DNA of 61,890 nt, counting the filler. It is 6 parts of 6 records of this genome, joined end to end, with 100 filler letters (N's around TTAATTAATTAA, not from the genome) between each part and the next. Parts side by side here need not be neighbours in the genome. Positions count along the whole stretch, not along the records: positions 1 to 14,196 come from SRR16203515_14834; positions 14,297 to 35,158 come from SRR16203515_14838; 4 more parts are not named here. One strand, written 5' to 3'. Positions 11,322 through 21,083 of the stretch are shown piece after piece. The notes beneath the pieces are model-generated. The model had not been told where the DNA came from. It saw nothing but the letters and a program-made list of their open reading frames with translations, and did no database searches. The position numbers and the translations under genes were made by a program. The number at the start of each line of letters is the position of its first letter. Position 1 is the stretch's first letter.

Positions 11322-11717
11322 CTAAAGAGACGGTGCGTAAGTAAAGGTTACCGGTACTGTAATAGTTTGCGTTACAGTTTGTGTGCCGGATACTGTTACA
11401 GTATTTGTTGTAGTTTCAGTGGTTCCTACGCATACGCCATCTACCAACGGATCATCACCTTCACAAGTTGGTGTATTACCGCCACCACCACCGCCATTTC
11501 CAGGAGGGGTGGCTGAATGAGCGTTAGCCATTCCAGCACCAATAGTTGTAGCAACAAGAGCAGTCATTGCTAAGCCTGGTGCGCTAATTCCACCAAGAAC
11601 ACCTACGTTGGTAGTAGTGGTAGTAGATGTAGTAGATACAGCATCATCTTTTACTTGAGCGTTAACGCCCGCAACCATAGTTGCAGCCGCAAATAATGTA
11701 ATAATTGACTTCTTCAT
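11322..11717 (-). CDS. Thr-rich secreted protein in the YjbE/GfcA position
   Basis: Signal peptide, Thr tracts, internal hydrophobic segment; first gene of a gfcBCD-like operon. Confidence 0.65.
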   Translation of the reverse strand: MKKSIITLFAAATMVAGVNAQVKDDAVSTTSTTTTTNVGVLGGISAPGLAMTALVATTIGAGMANAHSATPPGNGGGGGGNTPTCEGDDPLVDGVCVGTTETTTNTVTVSGTQTVTQTITVPVTFTYAPSL

Positions 11718-11819
11718 AATAGTCCTTTCCTGAAATTTACCCGTTAGTATCCCATACTAAAGCATTTTTAAATAATTGACTACAATATAGTCGAAAATTA
11801 ACCAATTAATTGGCGCGCC

Positions 11820-12497
11820 CTATGATAGCAAACCTCGCTGGGCAAATGACACCGTTTCTACGTCACCGACAACGAAATGATCTAGCACGGACACATCGAT
11901 CATTGCCATGGCAGATCGGATCTCACCCGTTAAGGTGATGTCTGCCTGGCTGGGATCTGCTACGCCTGAAGGATGATTATGGACCAATATCACCGCCGCT
12001 GCATTATCTTTCATAACCTGTTTAACCAATTCTCGCGGGTACACTGCCGCACTGTTGATGGTACCTGAGAAGAGGATACGAAACGCAATCAGCTGATGTT
12101 GACTGTCTAACATCAGCAGGCCAAACTTTTCATGCTGGCAATCACGTAGCATTGATTGTAAATACCTTTTGGTGTCATCCACATTGGTAAACACATCTTG
12201 TTTCTTTAACGGAATTTCTAGGTTGCGCCGATAAATTTCAAATGCCGCCTGAAATTGCGCATATTTACACGTCCCTACACCTGTTATTGCAGTGAATTCG
12301 GCTTCACTGGCATTGATAATTTCTCGCAGTGAGCCCAAGGAAAGTAATAATTCGTGAGCCAGTGCAAGTGCAGTTTTTCCTGCCGTGCCAGCGCCGAGTA
12401 GCACGGCGAGTAACTCGGCATCAGTGAGCAGCTGAGCACCTCGATGCAACAGCTTTTCCCGCGGACGTTCATGTACCGGCCAGCCTTTTATCGACAT
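11820..12497 (-). CDS. radC: RadC family JAB-domain protein
   Basis: PREKL, LTDAELLA, HNHPSG...PSQAD, LDH; divergent from coaBC. Confidence 0.95.
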   Translation of the reverse strand: MSIKGWPVHERPREKLLHRGAQLLTDAELLAVLLGAGTAGKTALALAHELLLSLGSLREIINASEAEFTAITGVGTCKYAQFQAAFEIYRRNLEIPLKKQDVFTNVDDTKRYLQSMLRDCQHEKFGLLMLDSQHQLIAFRILFSGTINSAAVYPRELVKQVMKDNAAAVILVHNHPSGVADPSQADITLTGEIRSAMAMIDVSVLDHFVVGDVETVSFAQRGLLS

Positions 12498-12661
12498 AGG
12501 GGTTTCCTTTATAAAAGCATTAGCTAGTTATACCTTGCTACTTGGCACGCAGCGACTGGTCAAAGGAATAGAAATACTAGCGATAAGGGCGCATGAGTTC
12601 AGCTACCGTAAAAATAACCTTCATGGTAGGCTTACGTCATGCAAATTAGGTTGTTATTCGT

Positions 12662-13915
12662 ATGTCATTAGCAGATAAAAATGTGTTACTTGGGGTAAGC
12701 GGTGGGATTGCCGCATATAAAGCACCGGATCTTGTACGTAAGCTCACTGGGTTAGGCGCAAAAGTGCGGGTTGTTCTTACCGCATCTGCGGCAGAATTTG
12801 TCAGCCCACTATCACTACAGGCGGTATCAGGAAACCCTGTACACCAACACTTGCTCGACCCGGCTGCCGAAGCAGCCATGGGGCATATTGAATTAGCGAA
12901 ATGGGCCGATGTGCTTTTAATCGCGCCTGCTACCGCAAATACCCTCGCTAAGCTGGCTCACGGTATGGCCGATGACTTATTAACCACCCTGTATCTCGCC
13001 ACCAGCGCGCAAGTTTTTATTGCGCCCGCCATGAACCAACAGATGTGGAAGGCCAACGCAACCCAGCGTAACACCGATATACTCACCCTACATGGCGTGA
13101 ATTTTATTGGCCCGGCAAGTGGCGAACAAGCCTGCGGCGATGTGGGTGCCGGTAGAATGGTAGAGCCACTCGACATAGCGAATTATGTGAGCCAAAGATT
13201 AGTGAAAGAAACACCGGCTCAAGCGACCAGTGATACCACGGCGTCGTCTAATCCGCTAAAGGGCCAACGTATTTTAATTACGGCAGGTCCTACCCGAGAA
13301 CCGTTAGATCCAGTGCGCTACATTTCCAATCATAGTTCCGGCAAGATGGGGTTTGCTATTGCTAACGCCGCTGCAAAGTTAGGAGCCAAGGTGACCTTAA
13401 TTGCAGGCCCGGTCAACCTCGCCACTCCTGCGGGTTGTCAGCGTATAGATGTAGTGAGCGCCGATGACATGCTTGAAGCCTGTAACGCGCAGTCGGCTGC
13501 CACCGACATATTTATTGCCACCGCCGCCGTGGCCGATTATAAAGCTACAAACGTTGCCGATAATAAGATTAAAAAAACCGGCGATGAGTTAACACTTACT
13601 TTTATTAAAAACCCTGATATTCTAGCTACTATGGCAAGCCGAAAGGACAAGCCTTTTTGTGTAGGCTTTGCCGCAGAAAGTCAGAATGTTGAAGCCTATG
13701 CCCGGGGTAAATTAAAAAATAAAAACCTCGATATGATAGCGGCTAACGATATTACCAGTGAAGGCTTAGGCTTTAACAGTGATAACAATGCGTTACACGT
13801 TATTTGGCACGATGGCGACGTACAGTTGCCGGCCACCAGCAAAGCAGAGTTGGCGCAAGGGCTGCTACACTTAGTGGCAAAGCAATATAATAAGAACCCA
13901 GTAAGCGGCTCATAG
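12662..13915 (+). CDS. coaBC: Phosphopantothenoylcysteine decarboxylase/synthetase
   Basis: GGIAAYK, APAMN, QACGDVGAGR, TAGPTRE, SNHSSGKMG, GFAAES. Confidence 0.97.
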   Translation: MSLADKNVLLGVSGGIAAYKAPDLVRKLTGLGAKVRVVLTASAAEFVSPLSLQAVSGNPVHQHLLDPAAEAAMGHIELAKWADVLLIAPATANTLAKLAHGMADDLLTTLYLATSAQVFIAPAMNQQMWKANATQRNTDILTLHGVNFIGPASGEQACGDVGAGRMVEPLDIANYVSQRLVKETPAQATSDTTASSNPLKGQRILITAGPTREPLDPVRYISNHSSGKMGFAIANAAAKLGAKVTLIAGPVNLATPAGCQRIDVVSADDMLEACNAQSAATDIFIATAAVADYKATNVADNKIKKTGDELTLTFIKNPDILATMASRKDKPFCVGFAAESQNVEAYARGKLKNKNLDMIAANDITSEGLGFNSDNNALHVIWHDGDVQLPATSKAELAQGLLHLVAKQYNKNPVSGS

Positions 13916-14025
13916 TTTTTACCTGTGCGCCGATAATAATAAAAATATCAATAACCTATTGGCTTAGGCCAACTTAACATGGAATACGAGCTGGATAAGC
14001 TCGATTGCGGAGGAATACTCTCATC

Positions 14026-14196
14026 ATGCCTGCTGTCAAAAAAACAAATCGTAGAGCGCAAATCTTGCAAGCCCTAGCGGGAATGCTGGAAACGAACGCC
14101 GGTCAGCGTATTACCACCGCGAAACTTGCGGAAAAAGTGGGTGTATCAGAGGCGGCCCTTTATCGTCACTTTCCAAGTAAAGCGAGAATGTTTGAA
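14026..14196 (+). CDS. slmA: Nucleoid occlusion factor SlmA, truncated by contig end
   Basis: Tet[34 protein letters not shown] downstream of coaBC. Confidence 0.9.
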
Positions 14197-14296
14197 NNNN
14201 NNNNNNNNNNNNNNNNNNNNNNNNNNNNNNNNNNNNNNNNTTAATTAATTAANNNNNNNNNNNNNNNNNNNNNNNNNNNNNNNNNNNNNNNNNNNN
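14197..14296. other. Artificial contig linker
   Basis: 44 N + TTAATTAATTAA (stops in all frames) + 44 N. Confidence 0.98.
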
Positions 14297-14321
14297 GCTC
14301 TACCAACTGAGCTAAGTCGGC
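14297..14321 (-). tRNA. 5' fragment of a tRNA, probably tRNA-Thr, cut by the contig edge
   Basis: Reverse complement GCCGACTTAGCTCAGTTGGTAGAGC = acceptor 5' strand plus D-arm, matching the start of thrU-type tRNAs; anticodon not visible. Confidence 0.8.
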
Positions 14322-14356
14322 ACACTAGGTGTCCGCTGGGTTAACAGCGGACGCGT

Positions 14357-14384
14357 ATTCTATAGTGGGCCCGGTTTTTGTCAA
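14357..14384 (-). promoter_or_regulatory. Sigma70 stable-RNA-type promoter for the tRNA
   Basis: TTGACA-16bp-TAGAAT followed by GC-rich discriminator ACGCGTCCGC. Confidence 0.75.
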
Positions 14385-15517
14385 CCTTTTAAGCGCTTGG
14401 CTTCACCGCTTAATTTTGGGAAGTACTCTAGGGGCAAAAATTGACTCAAGGCGTCTAGCTTTTCACCTAACGCAGAATAGCTTTGCGCCGTCACATTGAT
14501 ATGCCCCATTTTGCGTTTTTCACGCACCGACTTTCCGTACCAATGAAGATGACTGCCGTCGATGCTAAGCAGCTCTCGAGAGAAGCTACCACAACCGATG
14601 ATATTCACCATGGCACTAGGCCCAATGGCACTTGTATCGCCTAATGGCAGGCCACACACGGCGCGTAAGTGGTTTTCAAATTGGCTGGTCACCGACCCCG
14701 ACTGTGTCCAGTGGCCCGAGTTATGTACCCGTGGGGCTAACTCATTCACCAACAGCTTGTTACCGCACTGAAATAACTCTACTGCCAGTACGCCAACATA
14801 GTCCATGCCTTCGGCTAGCTTCACGAAGATATCGTGCGCTTGGGCTTGGAGTGCATCATCCACCTTAGTCGCCGGCGCCACAGAGACATGCAACTGGCCT
14901 TGATGATGTAGGTTTTCGGCTAGTGGGTAGGTGCGGATATCACCTTGTTTATTGCGTACCCCAATTAAGGATAACTCTCGATCGAAGTCCATCATCTTCT
15001 CAACGACTAGAGGGACTTCCTTAAGATCGAGATGGCTAAGGGTTTGCATCAAACCTGGAAGCTCAGCTTCGTCGGTTAAACGCCACTGTCCGTAGCCATC
15101 ATATCCATCACGACTGGCCTTTAAGATGAGGCGGTTACCTAATTGAGCGACACAGGCCTCAAGTTGATCAAGATGCGTAACAATTCGATGCTCACAGTTA
15201 GCAACCTGCATCGACTGTAATAGCTTTTTCTCTCTCACCCGATCAGCACCTACAAGTATGCTGGCGATATCAGGCATCAGTTTGCCCGTCTTCGATGCTT
15301 CATCAAGTAAACGCTCAGGAACATGTTCAAACTCTACCGTGAGCGCATCAGCGCTTTCGAGCGCCTGAGTGAGGGTGGTATCTAAGGGGGTTTTACTTAC
15401 TGGATGTACCACGGTATCGGTATTAACATCTACCGCCTGTACGTCGATGCCTAGTGGCGCGCCCGCTAAATACATCATTTGTGCAAGTTGACCTGCACCA
15501 TAGACTACGACACTCAT
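14381..15517 (-). CDS. purK: N5-carboxyaminoimidazole ribonucleotide synthase
   Basis: [34 protein letters not shown]. Confidence 0.96.
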   Translation of the reverse strand: MSVVVYGAGQLAQMMYLAGAPLGIDVQAVDVNTDTVVHPVSKTPLDTTLTQALESADALTVEFEHVPERLLDEASKTGKLMPDIASILVGADRVREKKLLQSMQVANCEHRIVTHLDQLEACVAQLGNRLILKASRDGYDGYGQWRLTDEAELPGLMQTLSHLDLKEVPLVVEKMMDFDRELSLIGVRNKQGDIRTYPLAENLHHQGQLHVSVAPATKVDDALQAQAHDIFVKLAEGMDYVGVLAVELFQCGNKLLVNELAPRVHNSGHWTQSGSVTSQFENHLRAVCGLPLGDTSAIGPSAMVNIIGCGSFSRELLSIDGSHLHWYGKSVREKRKMGHINVTAQSYSALGEKLDALSQFLPLEYFPKLSGEAKRLKG

Positions 15518-16008
15518 TCATCTAACTCCAGCGTATCACTTGAAGCTAATACGGTATCCGTCTGTTTTTGTCTAAACGCAATGATCGCATCACGTACTGA
15601 CTCGTCTTGCAGCGCCACAACTTGCGCTGCCAGTAGCCCTGCGTTGGCCGCTCCCGCTTCACCGATGGCTAGGGTACCTACCGCCACACCTTTCGGCATT
15701 TGCACGATAGAAAGTAGTGAGTCCAGGCCGCTTAACGCTTTCGATTGTACCGGACAACCAAATACGGGTAAGTGAGTATGCGCGGCAATCATGCCTGGAA
15801 GGTGTGCGGCACCGCCTGCGCCGGCGATAATGGCACTAAACCCCTGCTCAGCGGCTTGCTCTGCAAAAGTAACCAGTAAATTAGGGGTTCTGTGTGCGGA
15901 CACCACTTTTGCTTCGAACTCAACACCAAATGACTTCAGCATTTTTGCGGCCTGTTGCATGGTAGGCCAGTCTGAAGTTGAACCCATGACTATCGCGACT
16001 TTTGCCAT
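15514..16008 (-). CDS. purE: N5-CAIR mutase
   Basis: [32 protein letters not shown]. Confidence 0.97.
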   Translation of the reverse strand: MAKVAIVMGSTSDWPTMQQAAKMLKSFGVEFEAKVVSAHRTPNLLVTFAEQAAEQGFSAIIAGAGGAAHLPGMIAAHTHLPVFGCPVQSKALSGLDSLLSIVQMPKGVAVGTLAIGEAGAANAGLLAAQVVALQDESVRDAIIAFRQKQTDTVLASSDTLELDE

Positions 16009-16236
16009 CTAGAAATCCTCTGGGAGTAGTAAATTGGATACGCTGGAAAAGCTCGCGATTGTAGCCTAATTTAAAGGTAAATCCCACTGATATGCCATAA
16101 GTGATCTATCAGAACTGGGCAACACGTATTAATGATAATTAATGTAAACAGTAAAACCCAATAAATCCTTACCTCTAACAAAGTAGGTTTTTAGGTTATT
16201 GCATGACGCTTGGGTCGGTGAAAGGAGTGCGAAACC

Positions 16237-17514
16237 ATGTCAGAGCAGCATGAGCCTGATGCATTAGATGAAGTACTTGAAGAAGTTCATGAGGTCGTAT
16301 CCGACTTTTTAAATCGCGAGGCAGCACCGGGGATCCTATTAATGGTAGCCACGGTTCTCGCCCTTATTATCGCTAACTCTACCCTTAACCCCATGTACGA
16401 GCAATTCGTGAGTTTGCCCGTACAGATTTCAGCAGGCAGCTGGGCCATTGATAAGCCGCTGTTGTTGTGGATAAACGATGGCTTAATGGCCATTTTCTTT
16501 TTTCATGTCGGCTTGGAATTAAAACGGGAAGTGTGTGAAGGCGAATTGGCCAACCCTAAAGATATTGTCCTACCTGCTGCCGGTGCAATTGGCGGTATGC
16601 TGTTACCCGCACTGATTTATGTGGGTATTAATTGGGGAAACCCTGCTGCAATGGCGGGCTGGGCTATTCCTGCCGCCACAGATATTGCCTTTGCCTTGGG
16701 TATATTGGCCCTACTGGGTAGCCGGGTACCGGCAAGTTTAAAGGTATTTTTGGTCACCTTGGCCATCATTGACGATATTGGCGCCATCGTCATCATCGCG
16801 CTTTTCTACACCAACCATATTACCGCTGGCGCGCTTGTCGTGGCCGCTGGCTGTCTGGTAGTACTATGGCAAATGAACCGTAGGAACGTGGTGGATATCC
16901 CCCCCTATATTCTCGTTGGGCTCATTTTGTGGGTAGCCATGTTAAAGTCTGGGGTGCACGCCACACTAGCAGGCGTGGTACTTGCTGGCTTCATTCCCAT
17001 GCGAGATAACAAAGAACAAACCTATTCGCCAGTAACGCAGTTAGAGCACAGCCTTAATGGCACGGTGAGTTTTGCCATTTTACCTTTATTTGCCTTCGTC
17101 AATGCGGGGATTAATTTCGGTAATATTAGCCCTGAAGGCATCTTTCATCCGGTAACCTTTGGCATTTTCCTCGGGCTCGTGGTAGGCAAACAGATAGGCG
17201 TATTTGGCTTTTGCTACCTCATGGTGAAGCTAAAGCTCGCCAGCTTACCCCGTGATCTGAACTTAAAGCATATTTACGGCTGCGCCATGCTATGTGGGGT
17301 AGGTTTTACCATGAGTTTATTTATTGGCGGTCTCGCGTTTCAAGAAACCGGTATCGATCAGATGTTTGATGAAAGGGTGGGTATACTCGCTGGTTCACTG
17401 GTATCAGCGATCCTTGGTTATTTAGCCTTATATTTTATTGGCAGCCCGTCAGACCCTGATACCAAGCCGGTAGCCGGCAATGCCACTAAGCTAACCGGCA
17501 ATACCGTGGAATAG
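16237..17514 (+). CDS. nhaA: Na+/H+ antiporter NhaA
   Basis: WINDGLMAIFF, ATDIAFA, LAIIDD, GFTMSLFI. Confidence 0.95.
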   Translation: MSEQHEPDALDEVLEEVHEVVSDFLNREAAPGILLMVATVLALIIANSTLNPMYEQFVSLPVQISAGSWAIDKPLLLWINDGLMAIFFFHVGLELKREVCEGELANPKDIVLPAAGAIGGMLLPALIYVGINWGNPAAMAGWAIPAATDIAFALGILALLGSRVPASLKVFLVTLAIIDDIGAIVIIALFYTNHITAGALVVAAGCLVVLWQMNRRNVVDIPPYILVGLILWVAMLKSGVHATLAGVVLAGFIPMRDNKEQTYSPVTQLEHSLNGTVSFAILPLFAFVNAGINFGNISPEGIFHPVTFGIFLGLVVGKQIGVFGFCYLMVKLKLASLPRDLNLKHIYGCAMLCGVGFTMSLFIGGLAFQETGIDQMFDERVGILAGSLVSAILGYLALYFIGSPSDPDTKPVAGNATKLTGNTVE

Positions 17515-17582
17515 CCTAAGTTCATTTGTAATTGGAAATAACAGGGTGATTAACAGCCCACTAAGCGACAAACTTCGATAAA

Positions 17583-17617
17583 TACTTATACCGGCGGCGC
17601 CACCGCCGGTATAAGTA
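17583..17617. repeat. Perfect 15-bp inverted repeat between convergent genes
   Basis: TACTTATACCGGCGG-CGCCA-CCGCCGGTATAAGTA. Confidence 0.85.
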
Positions 17618-17646
17618 AATTACGGTTATCTAGCGTAAGTAAGGCT

Positions 17647-18939
17647 CTAGTGTTGCGCCATATAATCGAGGGTGAAGTTGGTGAGAAGTTCAACCCCGAG
17701 CTTCATCCCCTTATCATCCACATAAAACTCTGGCGTATGGTGAGCGGGGCTGTCTTCCTCTGAGACATCAAGCGGCTTGCCTCCTACCCATACATACAAA
17801 CCAGGTACTTGCTCTTGGAAAAACGAAAAGTCTTCTGCCCCAGTCACCGGTTTCGACAGCACGGTATTTTCCACTCCCGCAGTGCGTTGCATGGTAGGTA
17901 ACATCGCCTTTGTTAATGCCGGGTCGTTAAAAGTAATAGGGTAAGAATAATCAAGAGGCAAGGTAAGGGTCGCCTCGGCGCCCATACTTTCTGCAATGCC
18001 GTTCACTTTGCGCGGTAAGGACTCGTAGATATGCTCACGAGCCGCTTTATTCAGGGTGCGGATAGTTCCTACCAACTCCACTTCATTGGGGATGATATTA
18101 GAGCGATTACCGCCGTGAATAGAGCCAATGGAAACCACAGCCGCGTCGTCGATAAGCTTCAATTCGCGACTAACAATGGTTTGAATAGACATGATCATTT
18201 GCGCCGCGGTAACCACAGGATCCACACTCTTCCACGGATACGCACCATGGGCTTGTTTACCCTTAATAACAATTTTAAAGGGGTCTACTGCGGCCATGGT
18301 GCCGCCTGCGTTGTAGCGTACTTTACCCACATCGGTATTGGCGTTAATGTGCAGGCCAAAAATCACGTCTACATCTGGGTTCTTTAATACCCCCTGCTGT
18401 ACCATTACTTCAGCGCCACCGGTTTCGCCAGCCGGCGCCCCTTCTTCTGCGGGTTGGAAAATAAATTTCACTTTCCCTTTTAGCTCGCCTTTTATATCGG
18501 TGAGAATTTTTGCTGCGCCCATTAACATGGCCATATGGGTATCGTGACCACAGGCATGCATCACAGGCACTTCTTTGCCATTGTATTCCCCCACTTGCGT
18601 GGAGCGATAAGGTAAGTCGTTTTGTTCAGGTACTGGCAAACCGTCCATATCGGCACGTAGGGCGACCACAGGACCTGGTTTGCCACTATCTAAAATAGCC
18701 ACAACCCCAGTTTTAGCAACGCCAGTCTCAACCTGTAACCCCAGCGAGGTAAGGTACTTAGCGATATATTTTGCGGTGTTAAACTCTCGATTTGAAAGCT
18801 CAGGAAACTCATGAAAGTGATGTCGCCACTTTATCACATCTTCTTCAACGTCGGCTGCCCGTGCTTTGGTATCCACTGCAGCGGTGGCAGTACCCATGCA
18901 GCTTAGTAACAGTAGTGTTGATAAAATCTTTTTAGCCAT
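17647..18939 (-). CDS. Secreted M20D family amidohydrolase
   Basis: Signal peptide; LRADMD, MHACGHD, FQPAEEG, GAEDF, HHTP. Confidence 0.9.
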   Translation of the reverse strand: MAKKILSTLLLLSCMGTATAAVDTKARAADVEEDVIKWRHHFHEFPELSNREFNTAKYIAKYLTSLGLQVETGVAKTGVVAILDSGKPGPVVALRADMDGLPVPEQNDLPYRSTQVGEYNGKEVPVMHACGHDTHMAMLMGAAKILTDIKGELKGKVKFIFQPAEEGAPAGETGGAEVMVQQGVLKNPDVDVIFGLHINANTDVGKVRYNAGGTMAAVDPFKIVIKGKQAHGAYPWKSVDPVVTAAQMIMSIQTIVSRELKLIDDAAVVSIGSIHGGNRSNIIPNEVELVGTIRTLNKAAREHIYESLPRKVNGIAESMGAEATLTLPLDYSYPITFNDPALTKAMLPTMQRTAGVENTVLSKPVTGAEDFSFFQEQVPGLYVWVGGKPLDVSEEDSPAHHTPEFYVDDKGMKLGVELLTNFTLDYMAQH

Positions 18940-19076
18940 ATTTATTCTCAGTTAGTGTTAGCGTGTCACCAGAATAGAATATTTTTTAGCCAAAAACATC
19001 ACTTGCAGAAGAAAATATGGAGGGGTTTTACGAGGGTATTGTCACACCAAGGGTGGAACGACAATGCAACAGATAC

Positions 19077-19104
19077 AAAAAAAGCGCCCTGTGGCGCTTT
19101 TTTC
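19077..19104 (-). terminator. Intrinsic terminator downstream of rho
   Basis: AAAAAAAGCGCC-CTGT-GGCGCTTTTTT. Confidence 0.85.
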
Positions 19105-19119
19105 TAAACCGGAACCCAG

Positions 19120-20385
19120 TTAACTTTTTTGGCGACGCATTGCATCGAAAAATTCGTTGTTGGTTTTGGTCATGGAAAGCTTACTGATCAAAAACTCCAT
19201 GGCGTCAATTTCTGACATCTCATGAACGATTTTACGTAATATCCACATTTTCTGTAGCTCATCTTGTGCGGTAAGCAACTCTTCACGACGGGTACCCGAG
19301 CGATTAAAGTCGATGGCAGGGAACACACGCTTTTCCGCAATTTTGCGGTTAAGGTGTAATTCCATATTACCGGTACCTTTAAACTCTTCGTAGATAACCT
19401 CATCCATCTTAGAGCCGGTGTCGATAAGCGCGGTGGCGATGATGGTTAAGCTGCCGCCTTCCTCAACGTTACGGGCAGCACCAAAGAAACGCTTAGGTTT
19501 ATGCAGCGCGTTAGCATCGACACCACCGGTTAATACCTTGCCTGATGAAGGAATAACAGTGTTATAGGCACGGGCAAGACGGGTAATTGAGTCTAGCAAG
19601 ATAACTACATCTTTTTTGTGCTCAACTAAACGCTTGGCTTTTTCAATGACCATTTCAGCCACTTGTACGTGACGACTCGCTGGCTCATCGAACGTAGAGG
19701 CAACCACTTCACCTTGCACCAAACGGTGCATTTCAGTCACTTCTTCTGGACGTTCATCAATCAGTAGTACCATTAACTCACACTCAGGGTGGTTAGCGGC
19801 AATCGATTGTGCGATGTTTTGAAGAAGAAGGGTTTTACCTGCTTTAGGCGGCGCCACGATAAGGCCACGTTGGCCACGGCCAATCGGTGAGGCTAAATCG
19901 AGTACTCGTGCAGTAATATCTTCCGTTGAACCATTACCACGTTCCATACGCAAGCGGTCGGCTGCATGTAGTGGGGTAAGGTTTTCAAAGAGGATTTTAT
20001 TACGGGAGTTTTCTGGCTTGTCGAAGTTAACTTCACGAATTTTTAATAACGCAAAGTAACGTTCACTATCTTTTGGAGGACGAATCTTCCCGGCAATGGT
20101 GTCACCCGTGCGCAGGTTAAATCTGCGTATTTGGCTAGGTGAGACATAAATGTCATCTGGGCCCGCTAAATACGAAGAGTCGGCAGAGCGTAGGAAGCCA
20201 AAACCGTCCTGTAAAATTTCCAATACCCCGTCACCGAAAATGTCTTCACCGCCTTTCGCGTGTGTTTTCAGTATCGAGAAGATAATATCTTGTTTTCTAG
20301 CGCGAGCCATGCTCTCTAGGCCCATTTCTTCGGCTAGGGCAACCAACTCGCTAATCGGTTTGTTCTTTAATTCAGTTAAATTCAT
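19120..20385 (-). CDS. rho: Transcription termination factor Rho
   Basis: [30 protein letters not shown]. Confidence 0.99.
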   Translation of the reverse strand: MNLTELKNKPISELVALAEEMGLESMARARKQDIIFSILKTHAKGGEDIFGDGVLEILQDGFGFLRSADSSYLAGPDDIYVSPSQIRRFNLRTGDTIAGKIRPPKDSERYFALLKIREVNFDKPENSRNKILFENLTPLHAADRLRMERGNGSTEDITARVLDLASPIGRGQRGLIVAPPKAGKTLLLQNIAQSIAANHPECELMVLLIDERPEEVTEMHRLVQGEVVASTFDEPASRHVQVAEMVIEKAKRLVEHKKDVVILLDSITRLARAYNTVIPSSGKVLTGGVDANALHKPKRFFGAARNVEEGGSLTIIATALIDTGSKMDEVIYEEFKGTGNMELHLNRKIAEKRVFPAIDFNRSGTRREELLTAQDELQKMWILRKIVHEMSEIDAMEFLISKLSMTKTNNEFFDAMRRQKS

Positions 20386-20606
20386 ACTGGTGGGTCTTTG
20401 TGCTTGGACTTTTTACAGGACTATATAGTCACTCTGTCTGGTTTTAGAATTGATTACGCCCGGATATGGGCTAAGCAGAATGCTGCTCGGATGAGCGCTG
20501 AGGAAAAGTTAGCACTATATTTAACCAACGTCCAGCCTTTTTCAGTGGTACTGGTTAAAAAGTGCAAAGTTCTCTACTCTGCTTTTTCATTAGTGTAGGT
20601 CATTAA

Positions 20607-20639
20607 TAAAAAAACCGGTGTTTAGATCACCGGTTTTTT
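20607..20639 (-). terminator. Intrinsic terminator downstream of trxA
   Basis: AAAAAAACCGGTG...CACCGGTTTTTT. Confidence 0.85.
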
Positions 20640-20656
20640 ATTTTCTTCAACGATAA

Positions 20657-20983
20657 TTATAAATTTTCGTTTAGGAACTCAGCGAGTTGTGTCTTAGAAA
20701 GTGCGCCAACTTTAGTTGCGGCCACATTACCATTTTTGAAAAGTAGTAATGTAGGGATACCGCGAATACCATATTTAGGCGGAGTTTCGTTATTTTCATC
20801 GACATTCAACTTGCCAACTGTTAACTTGCCTTCAAACTCGGTCGCAACTTCTTCTAAGATAGGTGCGATCATTTTACAGGGGCCACACCATTCGGCCCAA
20901 AAGTCAACCAGCACAGGACCTTCAGCATTGATAACATCTGCTTCGAATTTATCGTCAGATAACTGGATAATTTTGTCGCTCAT
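20657..20983 (-). CDS. trxA: Thioredoxin 1
   Basis: WCGPC; 108 aa from MSDKII. Confidence 0.98.
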   Translation of the reverse strand: MSDKIIQLSDDKFEADVINAEGPVLVDFWAEWCGPCKMIAPILEEVATEFEGKLTVGKLNVDENNETPPKYGIRGIPTLLLFKNGNVAATKVGALSKTQLAEFLNENL

Positions 20984-21083
20984 TCTTTTCTCCATTTTTG
21001 GTCTGTCGCTGATTTGTCTCAGCTCAGCCATAAGTGTTATATAGAAACTGTTTTTTAATGCAAGCACTGATAAGCTATAAGCT

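Noticed and set aside
11820-12497. radC as a marker of a mobile or anti-restriction element
   Set aside because: Full-length form divergent from coaBC, which is the standard chromosomal position
14241-14252. Recurring TTAATTAATTAA palindrome as a biological repeat or CRISPR-like unit
   Set aside because: Always centred in 88 Ns with identical geometry; it is a synthetic all-frame-stop linker
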